From: an uncultured Aminicenantes bacterium
GTDB taxonomy: Bacteria > Acidobacteriota > Aminicenantia > UBA2199
Assembly (NCBI GenBank): GCA_965195285.1
Contig: CBDAFS010000039.1
Span: 1-64,000, forward strand
Reading direction: 5' to 3'
Length of the DNA stretch: 64,000 nt
Part shown: positions 20,101 to 28,076 of the stretch, in pieces
Numbering within the stretch: the first letter of the stretch is position 1
How the letters are laid out: every line of letters starts with the position of its first letter
Position numbers and translations under genes: made by a program
The notes under the pieces: generated by a model
Databases searched by the model: none
Told to the model about the DNA's origin: nothing
The model's input: the letters and a program-made list of their open reading frames with translations, nothing else

Positions 20101-20276
20101 TTGAAGCGGCGGTTCAGAAGTAAATCATCAAAGCTCAATTCCGCAGAATCCGATTCTCCTGTAGAGGACGTTCCGGATATTTGGATGGTGACATCCTCAG
20201 CCTGCATCTGAACACCACAGGATTTACAGAACCGAGCATCAAGAGGATTATCACTGCCACAGGTCTTACATTGCAT
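17094..20276 (-). CDS. Zinc-ribbon + Hanks-type Ser/Thr kinase + TM + TPR protein
   Basis: CKTC/CKSC, GRGGMG, VAIK, HRDIKPAN, DFG, YMSPEQ, TM helix, C-terminal TPRs; start set at ATG 20276. Confidence 0.93.
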   Translation of the reverse strand: MQCKTCGSDNPLDARFCKSCGVQMQAEDVTIQISGTSSTGESDSAELSFDDLLLNRRFKIIKSLGRGGMGTIYHARDQKLKREVAIKCISEKTLNDFYSKARFLREAQTASQLEHPNICTIYEIYEEENNNYIVMQFVDGVTLDQIISLKKLSINKILDITIQICEGMIEAHSKQIIHRDIKPANLMVNQKGSVKVLDFGLAKFRDESIMKKKDMIDSTHFTEKGIIMGTVCYMSPEQARGEHLEPSSDIFSFGVVVYEMLEGINPFQDKDHISTLYNVINRDVQFFRDIPDQLKQMVRCALEKKPGDRLTDFKSIKENLEQIREDYILQAESKNIDFKTEIIDTQDQNKLMKGIQRTSDQEGLGDIVYRIKKIKAHTEPLIYTKHRIMKMVSIPLALVLIIALLLILTGHRDDKMMIPDPGEKFYIYLHDFKNQSSDKQLFEKLNYLLYQSLNQFREFKTINEDIASGLDMETDSAFSAKGVLVSDQVGGGPENIPGQEMAKNTLDSRNTVIKLMKKFKVLFELKGTVTQFNDFYNIDAVLIPVVRGKKQLPITIPIQNKDILLSSQVDTLAKRVYLSVFGNKQADEVRIKKISDLFGSDWKRFSSFYQGLKYYRKFRFSQAEYHLKKSIDLPVAKYLLADIFYFKGRREEARQLIREVVCLKDNLTGSFRLKIQALKSRLEFNFNDEIENLEKLKEDFPFLPDAFFELGEAYFHRGDAEKAIGFYQQVLDINRKNSKAINHLGYCYSYLGNHNQAIQRFEDYRNLDQSANSFDSLGDGYFYSGDLTSAEAMKLAALSKNSQSVPWSNLTLADIYILKAEYQKVKPVLLYYNQLTNSKKERARSMVKQAYIQFLEKNMDEALSILDQSLLIYNSKDINDYTVAEAHWLRGMVLLKLNKLKATQQELEWLREIKQRYHLSEKNFYIPYKYFLHLRALIYESEGQFDNANSNFKNLMKLKTQLSYWVTCYHRQFFQTEYIQYLIRNQRYREAMEEVEDCLEFNPNYIPCLWEKAGLLMRLKKSPEALIIYQKIAKLYGRSVEENQLRKTLKNQLANLDKSN

Positions 20277-20394
20277 CGTCACTATTTTAGCAAATAGCCC
20301 GATTTTTATCAATTCCAAAGCTATCGGTTTCCATTCCTGAAACAATCAAAAACCCGGCTTTGCCTATACCGGGCCAAATTGGTATAATCACATC

Positions 20395-21540
20395 ATGGCT
20401 TCCTATGCCAATTACTCCCTAAAGGCCCGGGCAATCGCCCGGTTGATTGATTCCATAACCTGGCCTTTTGGAATATTCAGAAAAAATCAAAAACCTGAAA
20501 AAATTGAAAAAATTCTTCTGGTCAGACCCGATCACCTGGGAGATCTGCTGATGAATACCGATGCCATGTATTCATTAAAGAAAACATTCCCGCATTCCCA
20601 GATATTCCTGGTCACACCGGATTGGAATCAGCCCATTGCCCAAAAGCTGGAATTCATCGATGAAATCATCCCCATTAACCTGAAATGGTATTGCTTTAAC
20701 CGGGAACCACATACCCACTTAATTGAATTGATAAAAAAAATATGGGTATTGAGGAAAATAAAAATTGATCTTTTTATCGATTTTAGGGGAGATTTTCGTA
20801 TTGCCCTACTGTTCGGATTTTTCTCCGGTTCGAAAATCAGGCGTGGTTTCAGTAACCTGGGTGGCCGCTATCTATTAAACAACCATACCGTTTTTAACCG
20901 CAAAATCCATTTTTTTCAGCAGAATTTTGAACTGATCGCTCCTTTCACAGAGAGTAGATATCACTATAAAATTCCTTTGGATAAATCCGATGAACTCAAG
21001 GCAGAAGAACTCCTTTTGCGTTATGGGTTGAAACCCGGTTCTTTTGTGATAATACATCCGACGGTTGCCGGATACTGGAACTTAAAAAGATGGCCGCTTA
21101 ACCATTTTGTTGAAGTGGCCCAGCATATAATTTTCAATCACCACCTTCAGATTATTATTTGCTCGGGACCTGCCGAGAGAGAGACCGGAAATTCACTTGC
21201 CCGGTCAGTTCCAGAATCAATTAACCTGTCGGGCCGTTTAACCCTGATTGAATTCATAGCCTTATTGAGGCGAGCTTTTTTTCTAATCTCCAATGATTCG
21301 GCGCCCATGCATCTGGCCGTTCAGATCCTTACTCCCCTGATTGCGGTTTTTGGACCCACCAATTACCGGAGATCAGGCCCCTATCCACTCAATGAACGCC
21401 AGATCGCCGTAGAAGGTGATATCGGATTGAAAAGGCCCCTGTTCGGAGTCCAATCCCTCGGGAAAGGATATTTTCCAAAACCTGAAACAGTAATAGGCAA
21501 AATTGATGAATTGATAAAATATTTGGAAAATCAAAAGTGA
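20395..21540 (+). CDS. Glycosyltransferase family 9 (heptosyltransferase-like)
   Basis: RPDHLGD, KRWP, SNDSAPMHLA, FGPT. Confidence 0.92.
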   Translation: MASYANYSLKARAIARLIDSITWPFGIFRKNQKPEKIEKILLVRPDHLGDLLMNTDAMYSLKKTFPHSQIFLVTPDWNQPIAQKLEFIDEIIPINLKWYCFNREPHTHLIELIKKIWVLRKIKIDLFIDFRGDFRIALLFGFFSGSKIRRGFSNLGGRYLLNNHTVFNRKIHFFQQNFELIAPFTESRYHYKIPLDKSDELKAEELLLRYGLKPGSFVIIHPTVAGYWNLKRWPLNHFVEVAQHIIFNHHLQIIICSGPAERETGNSLARSVPESINLSGRLTLIEFIALLRRAFFLISNDSAPMHLAVQILTPLIAVFGPTNYRRSGPYPLNERQIAVEGDIGLKRPLFGVQSLGKGYFPKPETVIGKIDELIKYLENQK

Positions 21541-21629
21541 ATTCAACTTAGCCAAAACGTCCAGACCAGCTTTAAATCAGGGTGTTTTCCAGAGTCAGGA
21601 ATCAGGGATGAGAATACAAATTCCATCCG

Positions 21630-23228
21630 CTAGGAGGGGTTTTGATTAAGGATATAAATCTTCAGGCCATTTATGTCAATGGTCTCGGCTATTATTCTGA
21701 AAATGGTTTCTTTGACTCTCAGTAATTTTCCCACATACTTTTCCGGGGTTGAGGTGATCAAATAAATCCGATCATAGCCCGTCAAATCAATATTTGGTTC
21801 TGTTCTCTTAATGAGCTTTACTGCTACTTTCCCATGTATAAAGGTTGATACCATAAAATGCTTTCTTTCCCTTTGGACTATCAGGAATTCATATTTTTCC
21901 AAATAATGGGGAATGACCCGGTAATCGGCAATGATGTTACTCAAGATAAATAAGGTCCGGCCCTCTTTTTTTATTTTATTAATTTCTGAAAAATAATATT
22001 CATAAATCTTTCTGATTGACACCGAGTGGGAATGGGTAGTCTCGAATATCCGGATAACCTGAGAAAGTACATATTCTCCGGTGCGCTTATCCTGACCGCT
22101 GATTTTGATTTTGGCCTTGAAATAATCCAGCTGTAGCGGGATAAAAAACAACAAGAGATTTACCATGACAATCCATTTGAACCTTGTTCTGATCCGCTGC
22201 CATTGAAAAAATCCGATGACCAGAATAACCATGCCGGTAAAGATTTCAAGTAAATACCCATTCTTTGGAAAGTACAGCAGCAATACAAAACCTAAATGTG
22301 GAAGTATCCACATGATTAAAAACCAGGTATTGTTTTTTTTCAGGATTTTCAAAAATGAAATCTTTCCCGATCTGACCATCATTATCAATGTAAGGGGTAT
22401 TATCTGGATGACCAAGGCCAGGATGACATTTTTGCAATTTTTTATGACCGTTAGCAGCAGGTTCTTGATTCCACCTAAATAACCACTGAGGATATTGTCC
22501 CTGATTATATAATCGGTAATCAAGGCATCCAGTGCATCCGGTGCCCTGGATAAGTAGAACACCCATTCTTTCAAAGCAAAATACCACAGGACATCAACAA
22601 CTATAAACAGGGCAATAAAGGTCCATCTTTTCCAACCGGTTTTTATGCGAAAAAACATCACAAAGATGGCTAAAGGTAGCAAAACCAGCGGAATATTGGT
22701 TTTGATCAATCCTCCCAGCAATATGACCAGAACCATATATGGATTCCATTTTTGCTGGAACACTTTATTCAGGCAATATACAATGCCGATAACGGCAGCC
22801 CCCTCGGTTAAATAAATGGTGGTGACTTGGGAGTGAAAGAAAACAATGGGAACGGTAAGAAAAAAGGCATACAGACCGGGGCTGAATTCTTTCTTGAGCA
22901 AATCTTTGGCCAGCAGCGTGGAAAACAGGGCAAAAATAAAATATGAAATCAGTACAATAGCCAGAAAGCCATAATAGCTGTTTTGAAAAATCCCGGCCAA
23001 CATTTTCAAGATAAATACGAACCCGATGTAACCGGGTGGATGGGGCTGGTTCAGAAACAGGTTAAACTCATCAATGGCCTTGACATAATTGACAGAATCC
23101 CATTCGTATAAATAAGGAAACCTCAATATCACTGAAGCTGTCATGAAAATCATGGTCATCAAAAACAGACCCGGAAATCTCCATGCTGAATGACCACATT
23201 GATTTATTTTTAGTTGACTTGTCATCAC
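21630..23228 (-). CDS. Polytopic membrane protein, probable GT-C glycosyltransferase (DUF2723-like)
   Basis: EWDSVNY...QPHPPGY loop followed by many TM helices. Confidence 0.65.
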   Translation of the reverse strand: MMTSQLKINQCGHSAWRFPGLFLMTMIFMTASVILRFPYLYEWDSVNYVKAIDEFNLFLNQPHPPGYIGFVFILKMLAGIFQNSYYGFLAIVLISYFIFALFSTLLAKDLLKKEFSPGLYAFFLTVPIVFFHSQVTTIYLTEGAAVIGIVYCLNKVFQQKWNPYMVLVILLGGLIKTNIPLVLLPLAIFVMFFRIKTGWKRWTFIALFIVVDVLWYFALKEWVFYLSRAPDALDALITDYIIRDNILSGYLGGIKNLLLTVIKNCKNVILALVIQIIPLTLIMMVRSGKISFLKILKKNNTWFLIMWILPHLGFVLLLYFPKNGYLLEIFTGMVILVIGFFQWQRIRTRFKWIVMVNLLLFFIPLQLDYFKAKIKISGQDKRTGEYVLSQVIRIFETTHSHSVSIRKIYEYYFSEINKIKKEGRTLFILSNIIADYRVIPHYLEKYEFLIVQRERKHFMVSTFIHGKVAVKLIKRTEPNIDLTGYDRIYLITSTPEKYVGKLLRVKETIFRIIAETIDINGLKIYILNQNPS

Positions 23229-24301
23229 TTTTTCTTCAGGATCTCCTTATAAATTGCCTGCATTTTTTCTCTGAATTTTCCCAGTGTATAGGCTTCGAGA
23301 ATCCGTTTTCCCGACTCCAGCAACCTTTTTTCCAGTTCCGTATCTTCAATCAATTCATTGACTTTCATGGCAAATGCTTCCGGATCCAGTGGGTCATCGA
23401 CATAAAGCGCCGATTCCCCCATTACCTCAGGGATCGAACTTCTCCTGGATACCACGGACAGGGTTCCACAGCGCAGTGCTTCCAGTGGAGGGTAACCAAA
23501 ACCTTCATACAGGCTTGGAAAGGCAAACACCTTGGCATTCTGATATAGATAGCTGAGTTCATTGTCCGAAACATAGCCACAAAAATGAACCCGGTGGTAA
23601 TCACATTCATTCAAAAAAGTTAAAAGCTCCCTTTTACTGGAATCCTCTATTTGCCCGGCAATGACCAGGGGCAGCTTGTGAAAGCGAATCGACTGTACAA
23701 CGGTCTTCAGATTCTTGATTTTGTCAATACCTCCGGTGTAAAACAAATATTCCGAGGGAAGTTCCATATCCGGTTTTTGAGCAAAGGCGGGATTGATATG
23801 CTTATCAAGCGCATTGTGAATGACCCGTATCCGACCCTCAAGTTGAGGTAAATAATTGAGTAGATCATTGGCAGTATGACGGGAAACAGTTATCACTACA
23901 TCGGCATTCCGGGCACTTTTAATAATTTTCTTAAAAATATACCGGTGCCTGGCACTGGAAAAATCAGGGAAGATTAGCGGGGTCAGGTCATGAACCGTAA
24001 GGACATAAAAGATATTTTTCGGTTTTTTAGGCAATGCAAAAGCGGGTGAATGATAAACACGTATGGCCTTTTCAACCAACAGGTTTTTCAGCATCACATG
24101 ATCGGTAAAGGTAATCAATCGTCTGGGGGAATTCAAAAATAATTTTCTTTCCAGTTCTGGCCAGAAATTCTTTTCATTGAAAAAAAGAAAATGGAATGCC
24201 CGTTCATTTTTAAAAATATCGATCAATTGTCTAGTGTAGCGCCCGATTCCCCGGAATGCTGAATAGGTCTGTAAGGAGCGTCCGTCGATTAAGATCTTCA
24301 T
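23225..24301 (-). CDS. Glycosyltransferase family 4
   Basis: GIGRY, TVHDL, FPSLYEGFGYPPLEA. Confidence 0.93.
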   Translation of the reverse strand: MKILIDGRSLQTYSAFRGIGRYTRQLIDIFKNERAFHFLFFNEKNFWPELERKLFLNSPRRLITFTDHVMLKNLLVEKAIRVYHSPAFALPKKPKNIFYVLTVHDLTPLIFPDFSSARHRYIFKKIIKSARNADVVITVSRHTANDLLNYLPQLEGRIRVIHNALDKHINPAFAQKPDMELPSEYLFYTGGIDKIKNLKTVVQSIRFHKLPLVIAGQIEDSSKRELLTFLNECDYHRVHFCGYVSDNELSYLYQNAKVFAFPSLYEGFGYPPLEALRCGTLSVVSRRSSIPEVMGESALYVDDPLDPEAFAMKVNELIEDTELEKRLLESGKRILEAYTLGKFREKMQAIYKEILKKK

Positions 24302-25824
24302 CAGGCTATTCTCAGCAATGTTTTCAGTGCTTGCAATTGCTGACCCCTTAATTCATACTTTTCAAAGGATACCGAAATATAACGCCTGGTTTCAACCCGG
24401 GTGAAATAGCGTGATAAAATATTCAAAAACCTTCGATCCTGGATCGGCTGTTCCTCCCAATCCAGTATCAGCAGGTTCAATGATGATCCGGTTTGTTTTT
24501 TTACACAATTTTTCAGATTCAAAAAGGTCGGAGACAATATCTTTACGTCACTTTTCAATAAATCAAAATAACACTGCGAATAGCGAATTTCTTCAGAAAG
24601 AACCGCAATTGAATCTTCTGACATTCCTTCAGCTACTTGCCTGATTTGAGTTACGGCTTCCCGCCACTGCTGTTTGGTTTTGCGACCATAATAATCATGC
24701 TGAAAATAAATACCGGACACCGATACCATGAATACCGCCACAATGATAATCATTCTCAAAAAGCCCGACCGGATCATGGCAATGGCCGCGGCGATCAACA
24801 CCAAAACCCCAGCCAGGATATAGATTCCGTGCTTGAATGACAGCATGGGAACCATAAGCAGGGATCTCAGATAGGGAACAAATAATGAGAGGAAAATCCA
24901 ACTGATGACAATTGGAATAGAAAACAGCAGTGATTTGAATTCACTACTCGTACAAGTCACTTGCCTCCCTTTCAGTATACATTTGACCACCAAAAACAGT
25001 AGTAAAACGGAAAACAGGATGTTCAGAAGAATTTCATTACCAAAAAAAGCCCTAAAAAGATTTAGGAAAAAAAGCGGATTGGGCGGGGCTTTTATCCAGT
25101 GATCGGTTTTCTGCAACATTTTTAAAACAAAACAGATCATGGGAACATATAAAAGGATCATCATCAGGCCGGCCATCAGGTGATGTCGGGTTGCTCTCAG
25201 GTTAAACAGTTTTTTTTGAAAGCCATAATAAAAACCTAAATAAATAAACTGCGACAGCAGAATAAACAATCCATAGTAATGTGTATACAACATCAAAACA
25301 GTATACAGAACATAGAAAAGCCTGTTTCTTTTCCCCGGCTCTTTCAAATCTTTGATAAAGAACAGAAAGGAGAGGGTAGTGAACAGAAAAAGCAATATAT
25401 AGGGCCTGACTTCCTGAGAGTAATACAGGTGATAAAAGTTGACCGAAACCAGCAAACCGGCAATAAGTCCGGCCTGTCGGTTGAATATTTCCTTTCCCAA
25501 GAGAACCACAGGGTAAACACTGAGAATGCCAATCACTGCAGTAAAAAGCCGAGGGCTAAATTCATTGTAGCCAAAGAGTTTCATCCAGCTGTGCAGAAGT
25601 AAAAGAAACAAAGGGGGATGCGGGTCCCAGCGGGAAACCCCCACTATTCTGAATATGGAGAAATCGGGCGAACTGTGATAAATGGAAAACAGTTCATCTC
25701 CCCACAGACTTTGAAAATTCAATCCCTTTAATCGTAAAAAAGCGGCGATAACCAGGATACCGAAAAACCAGACATGCTCAATTCTAAAATGTTTCTTCCA
25801 ATCAGAACCGGATTCGAGCATCAT
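24301..25824 (-). CDS. GT-C glycosyltransferase (GT39/ArnT-like)
   Basis: SLWGDE, HPPLF, YYSQEVRPY, YTHYY; multiple TM helices. Confidence 0.85.
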   Translation of the reverse strand: MMLESGSDWKKHFRIEHVWFFGILVIAAFLRLKGLNFQSLWGDELFSIYHSSPDFSIFRIVGVSRWDPHPPLFLLLLHSWMKLFGYNEFSPRLFTAVIGILSVYPVVLLGKEIFNRQAGLIAGLLVSVNFYHLYYSQEVRPYILLFLFTTLSFLFFIKDLKEPGKRNRLFYVLYTVLMLYTHYYGLFILLSQFIYLGFYYGFQKKLFNLRATRHHLMAGLMMILLYVPMICFVLKMLQKTDHWIKAPPNPLFFLNLFRAFFGNEILLNILFSVLLLFLVVKCILKGRQVTCTSSEFKSLLFSIPIVISWIFLSLFVPYLRSLLMVPMLSFKHGIYILAGVLVLIAAAIAMIRSGFLRMIIIVAVFMVSVSGIYFQHDYYGRKTKQQWREAVTQIRQVAEGMSEDSIAVLSEEIRYSQCYFDLLKSDVKILSPTFLNLKNCVKKQTGSSLNLLILDWEEQPIQDRRFLNILSRYFTRVETRRYISVSFEKYELRGQQLQALKTLLRIA

Positions 25825-25867
25825 GCCCCCTCACCTATCTCTGAATCAGCTATATTCATCATCACAC

Positions 25868-26770
25868 TCAGGATTCCGCTCTTCGAGCAAACAAGTGTTC
25901 AACCAAACGCCAGAAGCGTCCCGGGATAGCCCTGGCAATTTTCAAGGCCTGTACATCATTCAGATTCCACCAGGATTCACCGGCCACTCCCACCTGGCTG
26001 TTGACCACCACCTCACATCCTAAAAATCTGGCTTCAACCGGCATGCGGCCGGCCGGTTCAAGGGCTTTCGGTAAAAAAACAAATTGTGAAGCGCCTTCAA
26101 ATGTATTTAAAACCTGGTCGGGTTTCATATCTTTTATGATGATGGGATCGATTCCTTTTCCCTGGCAGTATTTCATTGCCGGTTTAAACCCCTTGATCGG
26201 ACCTCTGGAATAGGCAATACAGGTGCCTTTCTTCTGGCGAGAGGAAGTCGATTGAAAACGTTTTACCCGTTTAAAATATGATTTATCCATTGCCGAACCA
26301 CCCAAAACCAATTCCCTGGAACAGGAAAAAAATGGATTTCGGTGAAAAACTGCCCTCTGGCGGTGGGTCAAAAAGATGACCCCGAGTGCAGTGCCATACA
26401 ATGACCGGAGATAAAAATGGGGACAAATACACCAATGCCGGAAACGATGTGCAGGTTCCCAGGCTTCGGGAAAATTTCCCCGAAACCGGCAGATCCTCAC
26501 ATCATGCTCAAACAGAATATGTCGGCCAAAATGACAAATATCTTTAATCTGCTGTCGGGATGCCAGGGACAGATTGCCCAGTATATGCACATCAAAATCG
26601 TCCAAATGTTTCCATTTCAGATCTTTTATGCGCACACCCTCCAACTTCCATGGACAGGTTTCGATAAGTGCTGCATCCGTCATCTCGGCACCGCCGGGGT
26701 ACAGACTTCTCAAATCCCGGGGTTCATCACAAAACTTGTCCACCACAAATAAAATTCTAGGTTCAGACAT
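25868..26770 (-). CDS. Divergent GT-B fold glycosyltransferase-like protein
   Basis: GGAEMT near the N-terminus; FVFLP..EPAGRMPVEARFLGC acidic motif. Confidence 0.6.
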   Translation of the reverse strand: MSEPRILFVVDKFCDEPRDLRSLYPGGAEMTDAALIETCPWKLEGVRIKDLKWKHLDDFDVHILGNLSLASRQQIKDICHFGRHILFEHDVRICRFRGNFPEAWEPAHRFRHWCICPHFYLRSLYGTALGVIFLTHRQRAVFHRNPFFSCSRELVLGGSAMDKSYFKRVKRFQSTSSRQKKGTCIAYSRGPIKGFKPAMKYCQGKGIDPIIIKDMKPDQVLNTFEGASQFVFLPKALEPAGRMPVEARFLGCEVVVNSQVGVAGESWWNLNDVQALKIARAIPGRFWRLVEHLFARRAES

Positions 26771-26816
26771 GATGCATTTCCGTATCCGTATTTTCAGTCA
26801 TAAGCCGGCTTCTGAT

Positions 26817-28076
26817 TCACTTAACCCAGAGTGTATTTTCAAAAACACCCTCCAATTGTTGATTCAGAATGTGTTGATTGAATTCCTTTTCCACAAAGGC
26901 CCGGCCATTATGTCCCATTTTCGTCCAGATCCGGTGGTGGCTGATCAGATACTCTATCCTTTCGGACAGGGCACTGACATCCTTTTCAGGAATCAGATAA
27001 CCTGACTCCCCATCCAGCACTCCTTCGGGTATGCCGCTGTGAAGCGTGGAAATAACCGGCATTCCCATGGCCTGGGCTTCCATCAGTACTACCGGAATCC
27101 CCTCCTGATCACCACTTTCTGAGGTGATGCTGGGAAGGACAAAGATATGCGCTTGCAAGTACAATTCCAGGATTTCACTCTGATTGCACTCACCCAAAAA
27201 GTCTACCTGGGAATCAATTCCCAGCTGGCGGACCAGGTTTTCCAGCTTTTTTTTCAGCGGACCGTTTCCCGCAATAATATATTCTACATTTTGTGTTTTA
27301 TGCAGGACTTTCGCTATGGCCCGAATGCTATATTCATGGCCTTTTTTTTCCACCAGCCGCCCAACGGTCAAGAGTTTTATTTTTTCTCCCGGTAATATCT
27401 TTTTCTGCTGAAATTCAAATCGGTTTACATCAATACCCATATGGTGAACCGTAATTCTATCCTCCTGGCAGCCCATTTGCATCAATTTACGTTTCCAGTG
27501 TTCACTGATAGGAAGGCATCGATCGCAGATCCGGAATAAATCACGATAAATACCAGGACCGGAAATATGAACATATTCGGATAAATCATAACCGTGAAAA
27601 GTAGTTAAAAGCCGGACTCCGCCCCCCCCCTTCTTCAAACAGGCTCCGATCATCCCATTCTGACCGAAATGACAATGCAGTATATCAAAATTTTTTTTCA
27701 ATACCGGAATATTATAAAAGAGCAATTTCAGGGAAAGGGCATCTTTTCCGTATCTGAAAATATTTAGGCAGCGTAATATTCTTAACGGGTTTTTAGAAAA
27801 ATGAGATAAAAATAGAATAAATCCCTTCAGGATCCGAAACAATTTGTTTGAGGGGATCCGGGGAAAATAAGTTGTTTTTTGTATCAGATTGTATTTGCCC
27901 ACATCCGGATGTATTTTTTTTTCTCCTGGATTTTCCAAAGCAACAATTTCCACTTCATGGCCCGAAGAAATGAGAGCGGTTATTTGGTTTAATATGAAGG
28001 TTTCGGACAGACAGGGAAACCCGCCTACAATAAATGCGATCTTCATGGGGAATGATTTACTTTTTAAAAGTTTCAA
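26817..28076 (-). CDS. GT4 glycosyltransferase, WcaL-like
   Basis: FPCLSETFILNQI, HCHFG, FHGYD, VGRLVEKKG, EGIPVVLMEA; true start may be the MKIAFIV Met. Confidence 0.92.
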   Translation of the reverse strand: MKLLKSKSFPMKIAFIVGGFPCLSETFILNQITALISSGHEVEIVALENPGEKKIHPDVGKYNLIQKTTYFPRIPSNKLFRILKGFILFLSHFSKNPLRILRCLNIFRYGKDALSLKLLFYNIPVLKKNFDILHCHFGQNGMIGACLKKGGGGVRLLTTFHGYDLSEYVHISGPGIYRDLFRICDRCLPISEHWKRKLMQMGCQEDRITVHHMGIDVNRFEFQQKKILPGEKIKLLTVGRLVEKKGHEYSIRAIAKVLHKTQNVEYIIAGNGPLKKKLENLVRQLGIDSQVDFLGECNQSEILELYLQAHIFVLPSITSESGDQEGIPVVLMEAQAMGMPVISTLHSGIPEGVLDGESGYLIPEKDVSALSERIEYLISHHRIWTKMGHNGRAFVEKEFNQHILNQQLEGVFENTLWVK

